Shown here piece by piece: positions 17,066 through 26,676 of a stretch of 58,828 bases of DNA. The position numbers and the translations under genes are program-made. This DNA comes from Gemmatimonadota bacterium (GTDB lineage Bacteria > Gemmatimonadota > Gemmatimonadetes > Gemmatimonadales > GWC2-71-9), in assembly GCA_003221995.1 (NCBI GenBank), contig QHUR01000103.1, positions 1-58,828 on the forward strand, given 5' to 3'. The notes below the pieces were generated by a model. It made no database searches, had not been told where the DNA came from, and saw only the letters and a list, made by a program, of their open reading frames with translations. Positions within the stretch are counted from its first letter, which is position 1; each line of letters starts with the position of its first letter.

Positions 17066-17074
17066 GGAGTCGCG

Positions 17075-18355
<1,281 letters not shown>

Positions 18356-18372
18356 CGACACTCGACCTCGCC

Positions 18373-19359
18373 GTGATCGGCGCTGGGCCGTGCGGGCTCG
18401 CCGTGGGCGTGGCCGCCAAGCAGCAGGGCCTGCGGGCGGCCCTGTTCGACAAGGGCCCGCTCGTCGCAAGCCTCCTCAAGTATCCGACATACATGACGTT
18501 CTTCTCGACACCGGAGAAGCTCGAAATCGGCGGCGTGCCGTTCACGACGGCCGGCGACAAGCCCACGCGACGCGAGGCCCTGGGCTATTACCGCAAGGTG
18601 GCGGAGTTCTATGCGCTGGACGTCCGGCTCTATCACGCCGTGACGGCGTTGGAGCGTGTGCCGCCGGGCTTCGAGCTGGCCGTGCGCGCCGCCGCACACG
18701 CGGCGCCCGCGCGCGTGCGCGCACGCCACGTCGTGTTTGCGACCGGATACTTTGACTCGCCCAATCCCCTTGGGGTGCCGGGGGAGGAACTCCCGCACGT
18801 ATCCCATTTCTTCACCGAGGCGCACCCCTACTGGCGGCAGAGTGTCGTGGTGGTGGGCGGAGGCAACAGCGCGGTGGAGGCCGCCCTCGAGCTGCACCGC
18901 GGCGGTGCGCGGGTCACCATCGTCCACTTCCTCAGCGAGTTCGATCGGGGCGTGAAACCGTGGATCCTCCCCGATATCACGAATCGCGTCAAAGACGGGA
19001 GCATCGCCGCGCGGTGGCTGTCGCGCGTAGCCGAGATCCGCCCACGCGAGGTGATCGTCCGGTCCGAAACGGACGGCGCCGCCGAATGCCTCCCGGCGGA
19101 CTTCGTGCTGGCAATGACGGGGTACCGCGCCGATCTGTCACTGCTGCGGGCGGTCGGAGTGATAGTGGGCGAACAGACTGGGGTTCCGCAGCACGACTCG
19201 GCCACGATGCAAACCAACGTGCCCGGCGTGTTCATCGCCGGCGTCCTGGCATCGGGCTTCGACGCGAACCGCATCTTCATCGAGAACGGTCGCGCCCACG
19301 GAGGGCTCATCTGCAGTCACCTAAAAGCACAACCCCCCAGAGTTGCCCCTGGGGGGTGA
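18373..19359 (+). CDS. ypdA: YpdA-family FAD-dependent (bacillithiol-type) disulfide oxidoreductase
   Basis: VIGAGPCGLA...YPTYMTFFSTPEKLEIGGVPF...REALGYYRKV closely resembles YpdA proteins. First canonical start is GTG 18373; CTG 18352 would add 7 residues. It is only the 3' part of track ORF 17560..19359. Confidence 0.8.
   Translation: MIGAGPCGLAVGVAAKQQGLRAALFDKGPLVASLLKYPTYMTFFSTPEKLEIGGVPFTTAGDKPTRREALGYYRKVAEFYALDVRLYHAVTALERVPPGFELAVRAAAHAAPARVRARHVVFATGYFDSPNPLGVPGEELPHVSHFFTEAHPYWRQSVVVVGGGNSAVEAALELHRGGARVTIVHFLSEFDRGVKPWILPDITNRVKDGSIAARWLSRVAEIRPREVIVRSETDGAAECLPADFVLAMTGYRADLSLLRAVGVIVGEQTGVPQHDSATMQTNVPGVFIAGVLASGFDANRIFIENGRAHGGLICSHLKAQPPRVAPGG
19333..19356 (+). terminator. 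GC hairpin CCCCCCAG-N8-CTGGGGGG over the last ypdA codons (no T-tract)
   Basis: 8-bp perfect stem read directly. The stop codon TGA follows at 19357-19359. Confidence 0.4.
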
Positions 19360-19526
19360 TCGCCTGCCCGACACCGTGCGCCCTAGAACCCGATGTGAGC
19401 GAGGCGACTTCTCGTGCCGCGCTCTCTTCAAGGGCTGGGACCGGTGCCACCTCTGGCAGCCGGGCTATCTCGCCTACAGCTCGAGACCCCTTGGCTTTGC
19501 GCCCCGCCGTCGCCGGCGGTTTGCCC

Positions 19527-19557
19527 TTGACAGAGCTGTGCTGCCGCGGGATAGCAG
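19527..19557 (+). promoter_or_regulatory. Promoter-like TTGACA-N17-19-(GATAGC/TAGCAG), about 100 nt upstream of the glycerate kinase gene
   Basis: Perfect -35 hexamer at 19527-19532, but the -10 is ambiguous. Confidence 0.3.
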
Positions 19558-19660
19558 CAAGAAGGGTGCCCCAATCGTATCCCACGTCACATCCGCGCCG
19601 TAGCGACGTGGTCAGCATCGTTTCTCGTAGCAAAATGCACGATTTAATGCATCCTGCATT

Positions 19661-20743
19661 GTGTCGCATCTCGTCCTGATCGCTCCGGCCGCCTTCAAGG
19701 GGACGCTCGGACCGCGCCAGGTCGCCGACGCCTTGGCGGCCGGCGTGCGCCGCGCCCTACCAGAAGCCTCGGTCCTCCTGTGCCCGATCTCGGATGGAGG
19801 TGACGGCCTCCTCGACGCGGTGCTCCCGGCCGGGATGCTGCGCGAGCGTCTGCAGGTCACGGGTCCGCTGGGGGATCGCGTATCGGCCGAGCTCGGCTGG
19901 ATAGATCCGGAGACGGCGATCTTCGAGTCGGCGACGGCCTGCGGGATCCGCCTGCTGCGGCCTGACCAGCTCGACCCGCTGCGCACCACGACACGCGGGG
20001 TGGGCGAACTGATCTGGGAGGCGGGGGAGCGGGGTGCGAAGCGCGTGGTGGTGGGGCTGGGGGGGTCCGCCACGGTGGACGGCGGCACTGGGATGGCGCG
20101 GGGCTTGGGCTGGACGTTCCGGGATTCGAGCGGCGCGGGGCTCCTGGAAGGCGGCGGCGCGCTCGGCGATCTCGCGGCTTTGGGGGGCGGCTGGTCGCTC
20201 CCGGCGCACGTAATCGGGCTCGCCGACGTCACGACGCCGCTCGTCGGCCCGGAGGGCGCGGCACTGGTGTTCGGACCCCAGAAGGGGGCCACGCCGGAGG
20301 GGGCCCGGCGGCTCGCCCAAGGGCTCGAGCTGCTCGCGCGGCTGATGGCGGACCACGGCAGACCGGACCTTGCCACGCTCCCCGGTGGCGGCGCCGCCGG
20401 TGGCCTCGGCGCGGGGCTCGTGTTCTTCGCGAAGGCGCAGCTGATGGCGGGCGCCGAGTGGGTTTTGTCCCGCGTGGGGTTCGACGCGGCGCTCGCCAAG
20501 GCGGACTTGGTACTCACGGGAGAGGGCTCCTTCGACCGGACGTCGCTCGTGGGCAAGGCCTCGGGCGAGGTGGTCCGCCGGGCGCAGGCGGCGAGGAAGC
20601 GGGTGGCCGTCGTGGCCGGAAAGGTCGAGGGCCTGATCGGCTTGCACGCGTTGGATGGCGAGGGCCGGACGCTGGACGCGGCCGGCCTCGCCGCGCTCGG
20701 CGAGCGCGCGACGCGGCAAGCGTTCGGGTTGCCCGCCGCCTAG
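19661..20743 (+). CDS. Glycerate kinase
   Basis: 360-aa ORF with APAAFKGTL, PISDGGDG, GLGGSATVDGGTGMARGLG and VLTGEGSFD motifs of the GlxK/GarK family. Confidence 0.88.
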   Translation: MSHLVLIAPAAFKGTLGPRQVADALAAGVRRALPEASVLLCPISDGGDGLLDAVLPAGMLRERLQVTGPLGDRVSAELGWIDPETAIFESATACGIRLLRPDQLDPLRTTTRGVGELIWEAGERGAKRVVVGLGGSATVDGGTGMARGLGWTFRDSSGAGLLEGGGALGDLAALGGGWSLPAHVIGLADVTTPLVGPEGAALVFGPQKGATPEGARRLAQGLELLARLMADHGRPDLATLPGGGAAGGLGAGLVFFAKAQLMAGAEWVLSRVGFDAALAKADLVLTGEGSFDRTSLVGKASGEVVRRAQAARKRVAVVAGKVEGLIGLHALDGEGRTLDAAGLAALGERATRQAFGLPAA

Positions 20744-20758
20744 CGGCAGGTCTATCTT
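20729..20758 (+). promoter_or_regulatory. Promoter-like TTGCCC-N18-TATCTT, 9 nt before the glyQS ATG
   Basis: Hexamers at 20729-20734 and 20753-20758. The -35 lies inside the last codons of the glycerate kinase gene. Confidence 0.35.
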
Positions 20759-20767
20759 CCCGCCCCT

Positions 20768-22108
<1,341 letters not shown>

Positions 22109-22112
22109 ACGG

Positions 22113-22194
22113 CGTGGGGAGTGGGGAGTGGTACCTGTCGATGCAAGCTGTGGGCGGGGTGCACACCGTCGGGTACCACTCCCCACGCCCCACG
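22113..22194. repeat. Long hairpin built from GTGGGGA heptamers (23-nt arms, 1 mismatch, 36-nt loop)
   Basis: Left arm is C-GTGGGGA-GTGGGGA-GTGGTAC-C (22113-22135). The right arm GGTACCACTCCCCACGCCCCACG (22172-22194) is its inverted complement. It lies between the glyQS stop and the next ATG (22203). Confidence 0.85.
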
Positions 22195-22202
22195 TATTGC
22201 CT

Positions 22203-22898
22203 ATGAGGTTCGATGACTTCCGGCAGCTCGTCGAGCGGCTCCTGAGGGAGGTCCCTCCTGCGTACCTCGATGGGGTGGTGCTGGTCGAGGTGAGCCCCAA
22301 GGCCGTGCCGCACCCCCTTCGGGGCGACGTCTACACGTTGGGCGAGTGCATTCCGCTCGAATGGAGTGGCAACGGCGCCGACCTCCAATCCCGCGTCGTG
22401 CTCTACCACGGCTCCTTCGCGGCGCTGGCCAGGCTGGGCGACTTCGATTGGCGCGAGGAGGCGTGGGAGACGCTCTCCCACGAGCTGCGCCACCACCTCG
22501 AATGGCGCGCGAACTCCGGTGCGCTCGAGGCCTACGATTGGGCGGCCGAGCAGAACTTCGCGCGCCAGGAGGGGCAGCCGTTCGACCCGCTCTTCTACCG
22601 CTCGGGCGAGAAGATCGCCGAGGGGGTCTATAAGGTCGAGGACGACGTGTTTATCGAGAACTGGGAAGAGGGAAGGCCGAGTGGGGAAGGGTTTGAGGGG
22701 GTGTGGCATGGGAGGCTCTACCATGTCTCCCTGCCGGGCGGGGTCCGCCCCCCGGCCTTCCTCACCCTCGAGGGGCTCGACGAGCCACCGCCGGGCGAGG
22801 CCGTCCTGGTGGTCGCCCGGAAGTCCTCGTTGGGCGACGTGTGGCACCGCCCGGCGCCCGCCGGGGCGGTCGTGACCGTGGAGCCGGTCGCTGACTAA
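22203..22898 (+). CDS. Zincin-like metallopeptidase family protein (DUF1025-like, HExxH)
   Basis: 231 aa. MRFDDFRQLVERLLREVP...VVLVEVSP...VLYHGSF...SHELRHHLEW resembles the small 'possible zinc metallopeptidase' family, plus an extra about 100-aa C-terminal region. It is the 3' part of track ORF 21927..22898. Confidence 0.6.
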   Translation: MRFDDFRQLVERLLREVPPAYLDGVVLVEVSPKAVPHPLRGDVYTLGECIPLEWSGNGADLQSRVVLYHGSFAALARLGDFDWREEAWETLSHELRHHLEWRANSGALEAYDWAAEQNFARQEGQPFDPLFYRSGEKIAEGVYKVEDDVFIENWEEGRPSGEGFEGVWHGRLYHVSLPGGVRPPAFLTLEGLDEPPPGEAVLVVARKSSLGDVWHRPAPAGAVVTVEPVAD

Positions 22899-22926
22899 GC
22901 GCGTCTTCCTCGACGCGCGGGACCTG

Positions 22927-23193
22927 GTGTTCCGCTCCAAGCTCGCCGCCGTCGTGGACGGCGCCGGAGCGGTAACGGGGCGGGATCCCGACGCGTGTGA
23001 CCTCGCCGTCGTGGACGTGGAGCTTCCCGGGGCGGCGGACCGCATCCGGAGCTTCGTCGAGCGGCGGATCCCCGTGCTTGCCTACGGAGCGCACGTGCGG
23101 CCGGAGCTGCTGCGCGCGGCCCGCGAGGCAGGTGCTACTGCCGTCCCGAACTCGCAGGTTCAGGAGCGGCTCGCCAGCTTCCTGAAAGCGTGA
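22927..23193 (+). CDS. Small receiver-domain-like protein (degenerate; start uncertain)
   Basis: DLAVVDVELPG, IPVLAYGAH and AREAGATAV align with the beta3, beta4 and alpha4-beta5 segments of CheY-like receivers. The beta1 strand would lie upstream of GTG 22927, where the only in-frame start is CTG 22891. Confidence 0.5.
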   Translation: MFRSKLAAVVDGAGAVTGRDPDACDLAVVDVELPGAADRIRSFVERRIPVLAYGAHVRPELLRAAREAGATAVPNSQVQERLASFLKA

Positions 23194-23215
23194 GGGGCGC
23201 AGCGTGCTGCGCCCC
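23194..23215. terminator. Bidirectional GC hairpin GGGGCGCAGC-GT-GCTGCGCCCC between convergent genes
   Basis: 10-nt perfect inverted repeat that starts immediately after the TGA at 23191-23193. The hsp20 stop is at 23241. Confidence 0.6.
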
Positions 23216-23240
23216 TTGGTCCGGCGACTGCCCGCGCTCG

Positions 23241-23660
23241 TTACTTCGACGTCACTTCGACGGGGATCTGCCGCGGCTTTGCCTGCTCCACCTTCGGCAG
23301 GGTCAGAGTGAGAACACCGTGGTCGTAGGTGGCCTTGATGCCGCGCGGGTCCACCGTCGCGGGCAGAGTGAAGCTGCGCTCGAACGCACCGTAGGCGCGC
23401 TCGTAGCGATGCACCCGCTCGGTCCGCTCTTCCTCCACTTGCTGCTTCGTGCCGTGGATCGTGAGGACGTTTCCTTCGAGCGAGATCTGCACGTCCTCGG
23501 GCTTCACACCCGGCACCTCGGCCGTGATCCTGATGGCGTCGGCCTGCTCGGAGATGTCCACCGGCGGTACCCAGGCCGTAGTCCCTCCATCCCGAGACAG
23601 CAGGTTGAAGAAGTCGGCCAGCACCGGATCCTTCGACAGATTGCGCGTGGTCAGGAACAT
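23241..23660 (-). CDS. Hsp20/alpha-crystallin small heat-shock protein
   Basis: 139-aa ORF with VDISEQADAIRITAEVPGVKPEDVQISLEGNVLTIHG...FERSFTLP...ATYDHGVLTLTLPK. Strong SD AAGGAGG lies 7-8 nt upstream. Confidence 0.93.
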   Translation of the reverse strand: MFLTTRNLSKDPVLADFFNLLSRDGGTTAWVPPVDISEQADAIRITAEVPGVKPEDVQISLEGNVLTIHGTKQQVEEERTERVHRYERAYGAFERSFTLPATVDPRGIKATYDHGVLTLTLPKVEQAKPRQIPVEVTSK

Positions 23661-23786
23661 ACCATTCGCCTCCTTTCAAGACGGAACCCACTCGAGGCCC
23701 CACGGCCTCGCCGCGCGGGCTTTGCAACCGCCGTGCCGATCAGGAGGGCCCTGCGTTTGCCAGGATGACAACCGCGCGGGACCAAG

Positions 23787-23817
23787 TTGGCACTCCCGCT
23801 GCCAGCTTTGCTATCTT
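23787..23817 (+). promoter_or_regulatory. Promoter-like TTGGCA-N19-TATCTT, 11 nt before GTG 23829
   Basis: The TTG used as the start in the ORF track (23787) is the first half of this -35-like hexamer. The 19-nt spacing is long. Confidence 0.3.
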
Positions 23818-23828
23818 TTGCCGCACCC

Positions 23829-24920
23829 GTGAAGCAATTCTCCTCGATCCTGGCGCTGGCGGTGCTCGCGAGCGGCCGGGCCGCCGCCCAGCAGGGTCCG
23901 GATTTCCGCATCCTCGTGACGAGCGAGTCAGGGGACATCGTCACCCAGCTCGCCTGGGACGGAGCCGCGCTGCGGACCGTCAAGGTGGTGCCGGTGGGCA
24001 TCATGCCGGCGGACATCGACGGTCCCCACAACGTGACCGTCTCACCGGACGGCAGGTTTTGGTACGTCTCGATAGCGCACGGTACGCCGTACGGCTCGCT
24101 CTGGAAGATGGCCGCGGACGGCGACACGCTGCTGGGCAAGGCCCAGCTCGAAATGTTCCCCACCACGATCGCCCTGACGCCGGACGGCGAGTTGGCCTTC
24201 GTCGCCAACTCGGACTTTCACGGCGATCACCCGCGCAAGAACGTGGTCTCCATCGTCTACACCGGCCCGATGCTCACCCTCGCGCAGCTCGCGGCTTGCG
24301 ACATGCCGCACGGGGTGAGGGTGAACCACAGCGGGACCCGCGTCTACGTGTCCTGCATGAACTCGGACGAGATTCTGGAGATCGACCGCGAGACTCTCGG
24401 GATCGCGCGGCGGCACGCGACGGGCGGCGTGACGATACCCATGACCACGGGGCACGGAGGCGGGAAGGGGCGGGCGGCAGGCGATGCCTGCATGCCGACG
24501 TTCGTGTCCGTGTCGCCGGACGATCGGCGTTTGTACGTGGCCTGCAACGGCAGCGACGCCCTGCAGGTCGTGGACGCCGGCACGCTGCAGCTCCTGCGCG
24601 CAGTCCCCACCGGGCACGGCGCGTACAATGTCGAGCCGTCGCCGGACGGCAGGTGGGTGATCGTGACGAACAAGAAGGACCGGAGCGTGTCATTGTTCGA
24701 CGCGGCGACCCTGACCGAGGCGGCCCGGATCCCGACGTCGAAGCAGCTGCCGCACGGGATCGCGTACGCACCGGACGGCAGGTTCGCCTTCGTCTCGGTC
24801 GAGAGCGTGGGGGCCGATCCGGGCGCGGTGGATGTCATCGACCTGACGACGAAGACCCGGGTGGCGACCACGCCGATCCCCCTGCAGCCCACCGGGATCG
24901 CCATCCTGCGCCGGCCATGA
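23829..24920 (+). CDS. Secreted YVTN/YncE-like beta-propeller repeat protein
   Basis: Repeated SPDGRFWYVS / TPDGELAFVAN / SGTRVYVSC / SPDDRRLYVAC / SPDGRWVIVTN / APDGRFAFVS blades. GTG 23829 gives a clean signal peptide VKQFSSILALAVLASGRAAAQQ. The track start is TTG 23787. Confidence 0.75.
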   Translation: MKQFSSILALAVLASGRAAAQQGPDFRILVTSESGDIVTQLAWDGAALRTVKVVPVGIMPADIDGPHNVTVSPDGRFWYVSIAHGTPYGSLWKMAADGDTLLGKAQLEMFPTTIALTPDGELAFVANSDFHGDHPRKNVVSIVYTGPMLTLAQLAACDMPHGVRVNHSGTRVYVSCMNSDEILEIDRETLGIARRHATGGVTIPMTTGHGGGKGRAAGDACMPTFVSVSPDDRRLYVACNGSDALQVVDAGTLQLLRAVPTGHGAYNVEPSPDGRWVIVTNKKDRSVSLFDAATLTEAARIPTSKQLPHGIAYAPDGRFAFVSVESVGADPGAVDVIDLTTKTRVATTPIPLQPTGIAILRRP

Positions 24921-25195
24921 CCCATACGACCGTCGTCGCGCTGCCGCCGGAGGAAGTGTTGGCGCGGGCGCAGGCGTTCTTCCTCGAGCGCGTTCCCCAC
25001 GCCGCGGCCTTCGTCGAGAAGGAGGGGCCCAGGTTCCTGGTGTTGCGCGGCCAGGGGGGCGAGGAGGTCGTCTTCAGCGCCTGGACGGAGGCCGGCGGGA
25101 AGACGCGGGTGCGCGCCTCGACCCTGTTCTTCGACCAGGCCGTGGACCGCTTTCTGTCGACGCTCCCGCTCGAGGCGGGCGTGGAGGTCGTGTGA
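24917..25195 (+). CDS. Hypothetical 92-aa protein
   Basis: ATGA overlap with the propeller gene, and GC3 stays high. No motif recognised (MTHTTVVALPPEEVLARAQAFFLERV...). It is the 3' part of track ORF 23765..25195. Confidence 0.6.
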   Translation: MTHTTVVALPPEEVLARAQAFFLERVPHAAAFVEKEGPRFLVLRGQGGEEVVFSAWTEAGGKTRVRASTLFFDQAVDRFLSTLPLEAGVEVV

Positions 25196-25467
25196 CGGCC
25201 GCGGCGGAGCCGTTCGCCGTGCGCGTCATGGTGACCGACGCCTGGGACCACGTGGAGATTCCCGTCGAGCCGGGCACGACCGTGGCCGAGCTGAAGCGCC
25301 AGGCCCTGAGCAAGGCCTTGAAGCGGTCTGCGGTCCGGCTCGACGACTACGTCGTCAAGTTCCGCGGCGCGGCGGTCACGGACGAATCCAAGACGCTGAG
25401 TGCGCTCGGCGCCGTCCCCAACGCGCCGTTCATCGTGCTGCCGGCGCGGCGCCGGCCGGTGCGATGA
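25192..25467 (+). CDS. Hypothetical 91-aa protein with ubiquitin-like (beta-grasp) sequence pattern
   Basis: VRVMVTD..HVEIPVEPGTTVAELKRQA...VKFRGAAVTDESKTLSALGAVPNAPFIVL parallels the ubiquitin pattern (LEVEPSDTIENVKAKI...LIFAGKQLEDGRTLSDYNI..STLHLVL). There is no C-terminal GG. GTGA overlap upstream. Confidence 0.55.
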   Translation: MTAAAEPFAVRVMVTDAWDHVEIPVEPGTTVAELKRQALSKALKRSAVRLDDYVVKFRGAAVTDESKTLSALGAVPNAPFIVLPARRRPVR

Positions 25468-25730
25468 AGCCGGCCAGCCGCACCCTCACCACGTTCACGG
25501 TCGGGTTCCTGGCGCTCGACGCGCTCCTCCTGGGCTACCTCGGGGTCGTCCTGTCGCGGCCGCTCGTCCTCGCGAGTGGCGGCGTGTGCACGGTGGCCGC
25601 GGTGCTCGTGGTGGTCGGCTGGCGGCGCTACCGCCGGGCGCTGGTCGAGCTCGATGCCGCCCAGCAGGCGATGCGAGCCGAGCTGGAGTCGATTCGCGAT
25701 CTCCTGAAGGAGCATCATCTCCACAACTAG
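25464..25730 (+). CDS. Hypothetical 88-aa membrane protein (2 TM plus coiled-coil tail)
   Basis: Two hydrophobic segments (FTVGFLALDALLLGYLGVVL; GGVCTVAAVLVVVGW) followed by RRALVELDAAQQAMRAELESIRDLLKE. ATGA overlap upstream. Confidence 0.6.
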   Translation: MKPASRTLTTFTVGFLALDALLLGYLGVVLSRPLVLASGGVCTVAAVLVVVGWRRYRRALVELDAAQQAMRAELESIRDLLKEHHLHN

Positions 25731-25736
25731 CCGGGC

Positions 25737-26648
25737 ATGACCGTCTCGGTCGTCTGGCACCCCGCCTGTGAGCTGCACGAGCCCGGGCCCGGTCACCCCG
25801 AGCGGCCGGATCGGATCCGTGCGGTGCTCGCGGCGCTGCGCGCGCCCGACTTCGAGTCGTGCGTCGTCTGGAGCGAGGCCCAACCGGCCGACCGGGCCGC
25901 GATCGAGCGCGTGCACACGACGTCCTACGTCGCCGCTCTGGAGCAGCTCGCGGCGCGTGGCGGGGGCGCGCTCGATCCCGATACCTACCTGGGCTCGCGC
26001 AGCTTCGCCGCGGCGCTCGCCGCCGCCGGCGTAGCGATCGCAGCGGTGGAGCGGGCGCTGGCCGCAGGCCGGGGAGGCACGGCGTTCGGCGCGACGCGCC
26101 CGCCCGGTCACCACGCCCTCGCGGCCCGCGCCATGGGGTTCTGCTTCTTCAACAACGTGGTGATCGCCGCCCGTCGCGCCCAGGAGCTCGGGCGCGCGCG
26201 CGCGCTGATCGTGGACTGGGACGTGCACCACGGCAACGGCACCCAGGCGCTGGTCGAGCGCGACCCGTCGATCCGCTACGTCTCCATGCATCAGTACCCG
26301 TGGTATCCGGGCACCGGCGCCGAGCAGGAGCGGGGCGTGGGCAACGTCTTCAACGTGCCACGCCCGCCCGGGCTGCCGCGGGCGACTTATGTGCGTGACC
26401 TCCTCGCCACCGTGGACGCCGCGCTCGATGGCTGGAAGCCGGACGTGCTGCTCGTCTCCGCGGGGTTCGACTCGCTGGCCGGCGATCCGCTCGGCGGCTT
26501 CACGCTCGAGGCCGACGACGTCGCGGCATGGACCACCGCCTTGCGTGAACGCGTCGCCCCGGCGCCGGTTGTGGGCGTGCTCGAGGGTGGCTACCGGCTG
26601 GACCTGCTCGCCGCCGGCGTCCGCGCGCACGTGCGCGCGCTTGCCTGA
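25737..26648 (+). CDS. Histone deacetylase-family (arginase fold) deacylase
   Basis: 303-aa ORF with RPPGHHA, DWDVHHGNGTQ, SAGFDS..GDPLG and LEGGY motifs. Confidence 0.88.
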   Translation: MTVSVVWHPACELHEPGPGHPERPDRIRAVLAALRAPDFESCVVWSEAQPADRAAIERVHTTSYVAALEQLAARGGGALDPDTYLGSRSFAAALAAAGVAIAAVERALAAGRGGTAFGATRPPGHHALAARAMGFCFFNNVVIAARRAQELGRARALIVDWDVHHGNGTQALVERDPSIRYVSMHQYPWYPGTGAEQERGVGNVFNVPRPPGLPRATYVRDLLATVDAALDGWKPDVLLVSAGFDSLAGDPLGGFTLEADDVAAWTTALRERVAPAPVVGVLEGGYRLDLLAAGVRAHVRALA

Positions 26649-26670
26649 CCGGTAGGCCGCGCCGATACTT
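26641..26670 (+). promoter_or_regulatory. Promoter-like TTGCCT-N18-ATACTT, 6 nt before ATG 26677
   Basis: Hexamers at 26641-26646 (overlapping the HDAC gene stop) and 26665-26670. Confidence 0.3.
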
Positions 26671-26676
26671 CCACCC

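Noticed and set aside
16951-17074. A purine or ZTP riboswitch in the purA leader.
   Set aside because: The conserved cores I remember for the guanine/adenine aptamer and for the ZTP (pfl) motif (the GGGUCGUGACUGGCG and CCGCCUGGGCA-like elements) are not present. The terminator itself is kept as a feature.
19343-19603. A plus-strand 86-aa ORF in the same gap, and other small intergenic ORFs such as 50676..50927.
   Set aside because: They have unnatural Arg/Cys-rich translations, poor codon bias, and overlap repeat or AT-rich regulatory sequence. No support as genes.
19307-19669. A 120-aa ORF on the minus strand filling the ypdA / glycerate-kinase gap.
   Set aside because: My hand count gives about 66% GC at third positions versus about 90% in real genes here. 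There is no recognisable motif, and no start context. It is treated as non-coding, but the region is flagged as a finding.
23788-23802. A sigma-54-type promoter, TGGCAC-N5-CTGC, upstream of the beta-propeller operon.
   Set aside because: The -24 box is perfect, but the -12 box is CTGC rather than TTGC, and no enhancer-binding protein gene is nearby. The same bases fit the recurrent TTGnnn-N-TAnCTT motif seen at ten other sites, which is the simpler explanation. It is not excluded.
25192-25467. Linking the ubiquitin-like 91-aa protein with the JAB/MPN protein at 57292 as one ubiquitin-like conjugation or defence system.
   Set aside because: The genes are 32 kb apart, separated by about 30 housekeeping genes. 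No E1- or E2-like genes are seen in the window. The small protein lacks a C-terminal Gly-Gly.
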